The notes beneath the pieces were generated by a model. It did not search any database. It saw only the letters and a list, made by a program, of their open reading frames with translations, and was not told the DNA's origin. Both the position numbers and the translations under genes were made by a program. This document shows positions 57,353 through 64,000 of a DNA stretch of 64,000 nt, piece after piece; position 1 is the stretch's first letter; every line of letters begins with the position of its first letter. The stretch is from Bradyrhizobium sp. (lineage in GTDB: Bacteria > Pseudomonadota > Alphaproteobacteria > Rhizobiales > Xanthobacteraceae). The DNA lies in assembly GCF_050014615.1 (NCBI RefSeq), contig NZ_JBEKCZ010000006.1:2175-66174 (forward strand), in the 5' to 3' direction.

Positions 57353-57901
57353 TCAACCCTTCAGGCGGCTGACGCATTCGCTGTAATAACCGCCTCCCTT
57401 TTCAATCCATTTCAAGCCATCATTGGCATTGGTGGCCTTGTTGGCGGTGAATTGATCCGCGCAGGTCAGCGTCCGCGCCTTGTCCGGGCTCTCTCCGGAG
57501 TATTTCGGCGCGACCGCCGTAGGAAACACCGCGTTCGTCGTGATTGGTCCACACTCTTCCTCACGAAACTCTTTCCACTTGCGGCCCTTGAGTTTGCCGG
57601 CGACTTCAGCGGTCAGATATTTCAGCCCGCATCCCGTGACCGATGCCGCCGGTTTGACGACAATCGCCGTCGATGTCGGGTTAGGCGGCGCAGCAACCGC
57701 GGGCGGCGCCTTCGAATCAGGAGCCGGGGTGGTTGCGGAGGCCGCGGGCTCCGCGGCCTGGGCGAGCAGGACATTTGCCGAGCCTACATTTGCCGAAGTG
57801 CCGGCAGCCATCGCCACGCGACTGTTCAGCATCGCCGAGCCGATCTGGGAAAATACGATAAGCCCGATCGAGGCCGTCATTTTCCAGCAAATCTTTTTCA
57901 T
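57353..57901 (-). CDS. Secreted Ala/Pro-rich protein with two Cys-pair modules
   Basis: Signal-like N-terminus, CGLKY...KWKEFREEEC and CADQF...KWIEKGGGYYSEC. Confidence 0.7.
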   Translation of the reverse strand: MKKICWKMTASIGLIVFSQIGSAMLNSRVAMAAGTSANVGSANVLLAQAAEPAASATTPAPDSKAPPAVAAPPNPTSTAIVVKPAASVTGCGLKYLTAEVAGKLKGRKWKEFREEECGPITTNAVFPTAVAPKYSGESPDKARTLTCADQFTANKATNANDGLKWIEKGGGYYSECVSRLKG

Positions 57902-58021
57902 ACCCGCCTCGCGAAATCGACGACCCGCACCCGCAATGATCCTTCCTTCTGTTCCGGCAGCTCACCTAAGTAACAGGCCCGGACCAGTTCGGCCCGAGCC
58001 TGCCACAGAATCGACGAAACG

Positions 58022-58501
58022 TCAGGCGGGCTTCAGCTTCTTGTTGCACTCGCTGTAATAGCCGCCGCCCTTCTGGATCCATTTCAGGCCGCCATTGCCG
58101 TTGGTTTCCTTGTTGGCTCTGTATTGATCGACACAGGTGTGCATCCGGGCCTTGCCGGCGCTTTCCTGGGCGTATTTCGGATCGATGGCGGACGGGAATA
58201 CGGCGTTGCCGACCGGCCCCGGCGCAGCGGCGGGAGCCGCTTCCGGCTTCTTCGGCTTGGCTTCCACGACGGGCGCGGGCGGCGGCGCGGCTGCCGGTGC
58301 GGCGGCGGGCGTGGCGTCCGCTGCGCATTCGGCTTTGCGGAAATCATTCCACTTCTGGCCATTGAGGGTGCCGGCGGACTTGGCCGCCTGATATTTTGCA
58401 CTGCATTCCTGCGTGCTCAGGGCCTGCGCCGGCGATGTCGCTACCAACGCGGCAAAACCCGACACCGCAGCCGCACACAATAATTTTGTTTGAATGGTCA
58501 T
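58022..58501 (-). CDS. Secreted Ala/Pro-rich protein with two Cys-pair modules, paralog
   Basis: GAGG RBS, signal peptide ending PAQA, CSAKY...KWNDFRKAEC and CVDQY...KWIQKGGGYYSEC. Confidence 0.82.
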   Translation of the reverse strand: MTIQTKLLCAAAVSGFAALVATSPAQALSTQECSAKYQAAKSAGTLNGQKWNDFRKAECAADATPAAAPAAAPPPAPVVEAKPKKPEAAPAAAPGPVGNAVFPSAIDPKYAQESAGKARMHTCVDQYRANKETNGNGGLKWIQKGGGYYSECNKKLKPA

Positions 58502-58703
58502 CCTTGGCCTCCTTGGGGCATGGCTATTTAGGGCATGGCTATCTCAAGATCGCTATCCTAGCGTAGCGACGGCGTGTGACAACGGCCATCCATCGCCGCA
58601 AAAAAATTTCGCGGCGCGAAAATGCGTTCCGACCGGCTTTATTCATCCGCGGTTCAGCATCGCGGCGCGACTTTCCCCGTTTCCTTAACCCGAGGTGCCT
58701 GCC

Positions 58704-58937
58704 ATGAAGACCATATCCTCCCGCGCGATCGCGACTGCCTTCGCATCCATGCTGCTGATGGGCTCCGCGTTCGCGCAAGCCACCGCGCCGGCCGCAAAAA
58801 CCGACACCAAGGCACCGGTCGTTCACAGCGCGGCCTCGCTGGAATGTTCCAAGGAAGCCGACGCCAAGGGACTGCACGGCAAGGAACGCAAGAAATTCCG
58901 CTCCGAATGCAAGAAGGCCGCCGCCGAAAAGAAGTAA
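58704..58937 (+). CDS. PsiF-family small secreted protein
   Basis: Signal peptide ending AFA, ECSKEADAKGLHGKERKKFRSEC PsiF-type repeat. Confidence 0.82.
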   Translation: MKTISSRAIATAFASMLLMGSAFAQATAPAAKTDTKAPVVHSAASLECSKEADAKGLHGKERKKFRSECKKAAAEKK

Positions 58938-58956
58938 TCTGGTTCGGCCGGTTCTT

Positions 58957-58986
58957 AACTCCCTCCCTGGCTTAAGGGGAGGGAGT
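58957..58986. terminator. GC-rich hairpin downstream of the psiF-like gene
   Basis: ACTCCCTCCCT...AGGGGAGGGAGT inverted repeat. Confidence 0.4.
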
Positions 58987-59171
58987 GGGCCGTTACCGTT
59001 GATTTGATGCCTTCGATTTGATCTCTCTGATTCGATACCTGCCCGGCCCCGCAATACCCGGAGTGCCGGCAGTTGGTCCCGCCTTTCCGGCGTGATCCCG
59101 CCTTTCAAAGCGCATTGCTGCAGTTGCGTTGGCGCATTTGTCCCTGGGCTGCGGATTTGCCATAACGCGGC

Positions 59172-60257
59172 GTGAGCCAGATTCTTGCATCGATGGCCTA
59201 TGCCATCCCCAGCCGCGCCAAAACCCTCCACGTGCTTGAGACGCTGGTGATCGGCACCGCCGGCGGCGCGCTGTTTTTATGGGCACATCTTCCGGGAGGG
59301 CTGATTTCCGGCGCCATGATCGCGGTGGGCATTGCCGCCATCGCAGGCAGGCCGCTCGCGATGCCGCCGATCCTGACCCAGACGGTGCTGGTATTGCTCG
59401 GAATTTCGCTGGGGTCGCTGATGTCGCGGCAGCTCCTGCAGCACATCAGCGCCTACCCCTTGACCATTGCGCTGCTGGCGCTGGCGACGTTCTGCTCGAC
59501 ATTCGGCAGCAGCATCTATTTGCAGCGCGTCCATGGCTGGGACCGGACCTCGGCCTTTCTGGCGGGAAGTCCCGGCGCGCTGTCGCAAATCACCATCCTC
59601 GCAATCGAGAAGGGCGCAGACGTATCGGCGATCGCGGTGGTGCAGACCATGCGCGTGATCATTCTGACCGCGGCGCTGCCGCTGCTGCTGGCGCTGACCG
59701 GGATCGCGCCGTCGCAATCGCCCGGCTTTGCGATGGCGATCGCCTCGCCGCTCGAACTGACCGAATTGATCGCAGCTTCGGTCGCGGTGTCGCTGCTGCT
59801 GCGGCTGGTCAAATTTCCGGCGAGCTGGATGTTCGGCGCCATGATCGGGTCCAGCGTGCTGCATGGCGTGGGACTGGTCGAGGGCGGCCTGCCACCCTGG
59901 GTGCGCGGGGTCGCACTGGTCGGGATCGGCGCGCTGATCGGCTCGCGCTTCGCACGGATGAGGGTCAAAACCCTGCTCAGCCATGTCAATGCGGCGCTGG
60001 GGTCGTTCGCCATCGCCATCCTCATTTCGGGGATCTTTGTCGCGATGATCGTACTGACCACCCAGGTGCGGTTCGGCGACGTCGTGGTCGCATTCGCGCC
60101 GGGTGCGATGGACGCCATGCTGGCGCTGGCGCTGACCCTGCACATCGACCCGATCTTCGTCGGCGCGCATCATCTGTCGCGTTTCGTGTTCGTCACCATC
60201 GCGACGCCCGGCATCGTCCATCTGTTCGGACGGCCGCAGGAAGATGTCGACGATTAG
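59172..60257 (+). CDS. AbrB-family membrane protein (putative ammonia monooxygenase family)
   Basis: Two homologous halves, PGALSQI and APGAMDAM, HHLSRF. Start uncertain. Confidence 0.85.
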   Translation: MSQILASMAYAIPSRAKTLHVLETLVIGTAGGALFLWAHLPGGLISGAMIAVGIAAIAGRPLAMPPILTQTVLVLLGISLGSLMSRQLLQHISAYPLTIALLALATFCSTFGSSIYLQRVHGWDRTSAFLAGSPGALSQITILAIEKGADVSAIAVVQTMRVIILTAALPLLLALTGIAPSQSPGFAMAIASPLELTELIAASVAVSLLLRLVKFPASWMFGAMIGSSVLHGVGLVEGGLPPWVRGVALVGIGALIGSRFARMRVKTLLSHVNAALGSFAIAILISGIFVAMIVLTTQVRFGDVVVAFAPGAMDAMLALALTLHIDPIFVGAHHLSRFVFVTIATPGIVHLFGRPQEDVDD

Positions 60258-60808
60258 CGTTGCCGGGTGGATCTGACGAGGCCCCAGGCTGCGATCGCGG
60301 CCATCAGCAGCGAGATCAGCACATTGTAGCCGGCCAGCGACAGGCCGAGAAAGCGCCATTGCACTTCGTCGCAGCGGATCACCTTGACGGTGTCGAGACG
60401 CTTCAACAGGTCGCCGGCGCTGCCGAGATTGCCGACCGGGCCGGTGCAATCGGTCGGGCCCTGCCAAAAGCCCCATTCGACGCCGGCATGATAGGTGCCG
60501 AGCCCGGCATTGCCGAGCGCGGCCAGGGCGAGCGCGGCAAGCCCGGCCAGCAGCACCACGCGCGGGGCATTGTCTGACGATTTCCTGCCCGCAGCCAGCG
60601 CCGTCAGCGCACCGAGCGGGATCGCCAGATAATAGGCATAGCGCTGCTCGAGGCAGAGCGGACAGGGACGGATATCCAGTACCAGCTGAAAGAACCACGC
60701 CCCCGCCAGCGTCGCCGCCGCGATCGCCGTGATCGCCAGCGCCGCCGTCAGCGCCGGGTTGGCGTCGTCGCGCACGGGCGAAGTGGTTGCGGTGGCATCC
60801 AGCGTCAC
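60254..60808 (-). CDS. dsbB: Disulfide bond formation protein B family
   Basis: PCPLCLEQR, YHAGVEWGFW, C...C periplasmic pair, FLGLSLAGYN. Confidence 0.9.
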   Translation of the reverse strand: MTLDATATTSPVRDDANPALTAALAITAIAAATLAGAWFFQLVLDIRPCPLCLEQRYAYYLAIPLGALTALAAGRKSSDNAPRVVLLAGLAALALAALGNAGLGTYHAGVEWGFWQGPTDCTGPVGNLGSAGDLLKRLDTVKVIRCDEVQWRFLGLSLAGYNVLISLLMAAIAAWGLVRSTRQR

Positions 60809-61006
60809 GTTGATCTCCTGTGGCCAAGCGTCCTAGCCCGCGCGGGTGGCGCTGTCGAGGCATGCGCGTTCACACCGCAGTGTTTTGGGCGTGTCTTGCC
60901 CGCCCGGCGCGTCGGCCCGGCCGCGCAGTTCGCGGGTTGACCGGCAGTCACCGGCCGCTATATTCCGCCGGCTTCGCGACGCCGGCCTGCGGGCCGGCAT
61001 CCGAAA

Positions 61007-61091
61007 GCCCCTGTGGCGGAATTGGTAGACGCGCTCGACTCAAAATCGAGTTCCGCAAGGAGTGCTGGTTCGATTCCGGCCAGGGGCACCA
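61007..61091 (+). tRNA. tRNA-Leu(CAA)
   Basis: Acceptor GCCCCTG/CAGGGGC, anticodon arm CTCGA-CT CAA AA-TCGAG, long variable arm, GGTTCGATTCC T-loop, encoded CCA. Confidence 0.97.
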
Positions 61092-61262
61092 CGCTTCGCC
61101 CTTACGGGCTTCGCGTGGCGCAGCCACGTGTCCGCAAGGGTGAAGCGTGTCCGGCGTAGGAGCCAACGGGTCGCGCGAATGCGCGCCCGATGACAGGCTC
61201 CGCGACGAAGCAATCTATTTCACCGCGCAAAGAAAGAATGGATTGCTTCGCTCGCAATGACG
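61092..61262. repeat. Mosaic of palindromic repeat fragments downstream of the tRNA
   Basis: CGCTTCGCCCTTACGGGC...AAGGGTGAAGCG hairpin, then GACGAAGCAATC...GGATTGCTTCGCTCGCAATGACG related to the 19504 REP. Confidence 0.6.
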
Positions 61263-61327
61263 TGAGTATTGCGACACACGTCCGCTTTCCCACGGCGAAG
61301 ACAAGAGCTGTGCAGGTCGCCCGGTTT

Positions 61328-63457
61328 TCACTTGAGCCGGCTATTTGACACCCGGCCGACCGCCTCTTCATTCCCGGCGATCTCGACCAACGGCTGCGGC
61401 CGTCCGAACAGATAGCCCTGCACACTGTGGCATCCGAGCTCGCGTAGCTTGGCAAACTGTTCCTCGGTCTCCACACCTTCCGCCAGCAGCGGAATCTCGA
61501 GGCTTTGACCGAGGCTGATAACCGCACGGACGATCGAATCGGAACGGTTGTTGGTGCCGAGATCGGTGACGAAGGCACGGTCGATCTTGATGCGGTCGAA
61601 TGGAAATGCCTGCAGATAGGACAGCGAGGAATAGCCGGTGCCGAAATCGTCCATCGCGATCTGCACGCCCAGTGACTTCAGCCTCAACAGCACCGAAAGG
61701 GCCCGGGAGAAATCGCTGATGAATACCCCTTCGGTGATTTCAAGCTCCAGCCGCGATGGCGCAAGCCCGGTCTCGAGCAGAATTTCATGGACGGCGGCCG
61801 GCAGATCGCCCTGCGCGATCTGTTCCGGCGAGATATTGACGGCAATGGTGACGTTGTCGCGCCAGCCCGCGGCGGTGCGGCAGGCCTCGCGAAGCACCCA
61901 GTCGCCCAGCGGCGCGATCAACCCGCTTTCTTCCGCCAGCGGAATGAAGTCCATCGGCGACACGTAGCCGCGCTTGGGCGAGCGCCAGCGCAGCAGCGCC
62001 TCATAGCCCACGATTTCGCGCGCCATATTCACCTGAGGCTGATAGTGGAGCAGGAATTGATCCTTGGCGAAGGCCTCCTGCAGATCATCGTTCAAGGCCC
62101 GCCGCTCGCGCACCTGGGTGTCGAGCTCGACACTGAAGTAGCGTGCACTCCCGCAGCGCTCGCGTTTGGCCTGAGACAGCGCCAGATCCGCATTTGAAAG
62201 CAGCGTATGGCAGTCGCCCCCGTGCACACCCGAGATAGCGATGCCGAGGCTCACGCCCACGCCAAGATTCCGGCCGTCCACGTCCAGCGGTATCCTGAGC
62301 GCGTCGGTCAGCCGCCCTGCCAGCTTCGATACCTGTTCGTGATCTTCGTCGATCAACAGAACGAATTCATCGCCGCCGATGCGGGCCAGATAACCCGCTC
62401 CCGCAGCTGTTCGCAGCCGACCGGCAACCTCGCGCAGAACGGTATCGCCGACAGGATGGCCGAAGCGGTCGTTGATGTCCTTGAAGCCGTCGAGATCCAT
62501 GCACATGACGGCGAGCGGCTTGCCTTCATGGCGCGTTTGTTCAAGCGCCGACGGGAAATATTCCTCGAACGCGGCGCGGTTCGGAAGATCGGTGAGACGA
62601 TCGTGATGGGCGATATAGGCGATACGCTGCTGCGCCTGACGCCGCTCCGATTCGGCCTTGCGCTGCTCGGTCATGTCGACCACCGACACGATCCGGGCAT
62701 TCCTGTCCTTGTAGCGCAGCGCCTGGGAATAGAGCCGCAGGTCCAGCGGCGCGCCGTCGGAGCGTATGTGCCTGATGTCCCGTCCTTCGCGATCGGTAGC
62801 AGGCAGCCCGTTCAGGTACTCGCGCAGCTCGGCTCGTGCTTCCAACGGCCTGACCCAGGTTGGGTCCAACTGGAGGAACTGCTGGCGGCTGTAACCATAA
62901 AGCGAGAGCGCGGCGTCGTTCACATCCAGGAATGAGAACGCCTCCTGGTCGAGCACGAACATCGCAACCGGATTGCTGTCAAACATCAGCTGAAGGGATT
63001 TTTCGCGCAACACCTCGCCGGTGATGTCCTCGTGCAGCGCCAGCACCCCGAGGTCCCCGATCGGCTCGAAGCGAGCGCGGATGGTGCAGTGGCCATAGTC
63101 GTAGACGTGCTCATGCACGCCGTCCCGCTTGATGTCGGCCAACAGCTCCCTGCCGTAGGCGTCGATGTCCCCGGTAAACTCGCCTTGAGATTGCCAGTAT
63201 TCCAGAATGCCGCGTCCCTTGCGGCCGGGTTCGACCACTTCGGGCGGCAGCAGCGGATAGATCTGCTTATAGCGGTCGTTGCAGAAAATGATGGCACCTT
63301 GTTCGTCGAACAGGATGATGCCCTGCGACATGTTGTTGATGGCTGAGAGAAGGCGCGCGTTCTGGCGCTGCGCATGCTCGCGCTGTCCGGTCTCGTGGAA
63401 CCGCTGCAGTCCGCTCAGGGCCGCGGAGATCCAGGAAACTTTTTGCCGCCCGCTCAT
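61328..63457 (-). CDS. PAS-PAS-GGDEF-EAL cyclic-di-GMP metabolism protein
   Basis: INNMSQGIILFD PAS, second PAS (FLDVNDAA), HDRLTDLPNR, DLDGFK, RIGGDEF, YEALLRW, ELEITE, DDFGTGYSSL, EGVETEEQ. Confidence 0.93.
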   Translation of the reverse strand: MSGRQKVSWISAALSGLQRFHETGQREHAQRQNARLLSAINNMSQGIILFDEQGAIIFCNDRYKQIYPLLPPEVVEPGRKGRGILEYWQSQGEFTGDIDAYGRELLADIKRDGVHEHVYDYGHCTIRARFEPIGDLGVLALHEDITGEVLREKSLQLMFDSNPVAMFVLDQEAFSFLDVNDAALSLYGYSRQQFLQLDPTWVRPLEARAELREYLNGLPATDREGRDIRHIRSDGAPLDLRLYSQALRYKDRNARIVSVVDMTEQRKAESERRQAQQRIAYIAHHDRLTDLPNRAAFEEYFPSALEQTRHEGKPLAVMCMDLDGFKDINDRFGHPVGDTVLREVAGRLRTAAGAGYLARIGGDEFVLLIDEDHEQVSKLAGRLTDALRIPLDVDGRNLGVGVSLGIAISGVHGGDCHTLLSNADLALSQAKRERCGSARYFSVELDTQVRERRALNDDLQEAFAKDQFLLHYQPQVNMAREIVGYEALLRWRSPKRGYVSPMDFIPLAEESGLIAPLGDWVLREACRTAAGWRDNVTIAVNISPEQIAQGDLPAAVHEILLETGLAPSRLELEITEGVFISDFSRALSVLLRLKSLGVQIAMDDFGTGYSSLSYLQAFPFDRIKIDRAFVTDLGTNNRSDSIVRAVISLGQSLEIPLLAEGVETEEQFAKLRELGCHSVQGYLFGRPQPLVEIAGNEEAVGRVSNSRLK

Positions 63458-64000
63458 CGCACCCTCCAAAGGAGGCGCGTTTATACGGAGTTCCGTTGAA
63501 GGCGATGTTACCAGAGCTGGTTAGCGAACGATGAATTCGTCGCGCCGTCGCAACCATTGGTCGAATTTGTACTCACCCGCATCTCACCGCGAGCCGTTTT
63601 CGAGCTGTCGAACGCGGCAATGATGCCGCGAGCGCCGCTTTTGCAACGGCCGGGAGCGGCGGCTTAACCCCCGCAGAGGCTCTATTGATCGACGCCGAAA
63701 CCAAATATTTTGGCGAACAGGACTGGACTGCGCATTCGCCAGACAGCCCGTCCCGGCCATCAGTCGGGTCGTCCGTCACAGTTTGGCGGCACGATCTGCA
63801 CCCCGTCGAGACCATCGCGTGAATTGCGCAATGGTGCCAGGCGCGGATCTTCGCACCAATCTCCTGCGGTGCAGCAATATGACGGCCTTCGGCGAGATGC
63901 ACCTTTCGGTCGCCCCGCGCTGAAGGTAGCATGCTCCCGGAAGGAACCGTCGAAACAGGTTCCCACGGGACAGGAAACAACCAGCCAAGGGGACAATTCA

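Noticed and set aside
59001-59036. Three GATT(T/C)GAT motifs at 14-bp spacing upstream of abrB
   Set aside because: Short and low in information, with no identifiable regulator. Could be chance.
63783-63800. Sigma54 promoter (TGGCGGCACGATCTGC)
   Set aside because: GG-to-GC spacing is 8 or 11 nt rather than the required 10.
63573-63980. 135-aa ORF, or a c-di-GMP or cobalamin riboswitch upstream of the GGDEF-EAL gene
   Set aside because: No recognisable protein motif, RBS or riboswitch consensus on either strand.

Overview
GC-rich alphaproteobacterial chromosome segment, most consistent with Bradyrhizobium or a close relative (judged from gene content, gene order and CGTC-type REP repeats). 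About 60 CDS, one tRNA-Leu(CAA) and several palindromic intergenic repeats. No CRISPR array, integrase, transposase or prophage gene was seen. The backbone is a conserved housekeeping block: DUF2125, chaC, plsC, ydcF, ftsXE, zitP, a cpdR2-like regulator, TIGR02302, lysA, lptM, argH, tlpA, then hbd, etfAB, pduO-type adenosyltransferase and gluQ. Accessory cassettes are interleaved: an ArsR-SRPBCC pair with two alpha/beta hydrolases, an RND pump whose permease is broken by a short internal deletion, a GntR-linked aromatic ring-cleavage cluster, a LysR-tautomerase pair, an NTF2-Lrp pair next to a type II FMO, an MxbDM-like two-component system facing two DUF3280 genes, and a cluster of small Cys-paired secreted proteins. 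Best leads: (1) an HtrA-like protein with no recognisable catalytic triad, adjacent to a serine hydrolase; (2) the MxbDM-like/DUF3280 module with no methanol dehydrogenase in the window; (3) a secreted PAL-like lyase with its catalytic residues apparently intact; (4) a double-hairpin element covering the lysA ribosome-binding region; (5) the aromatic cluster of unknown substrate. All family assignments come from motif recognition by eye; no database search was run.
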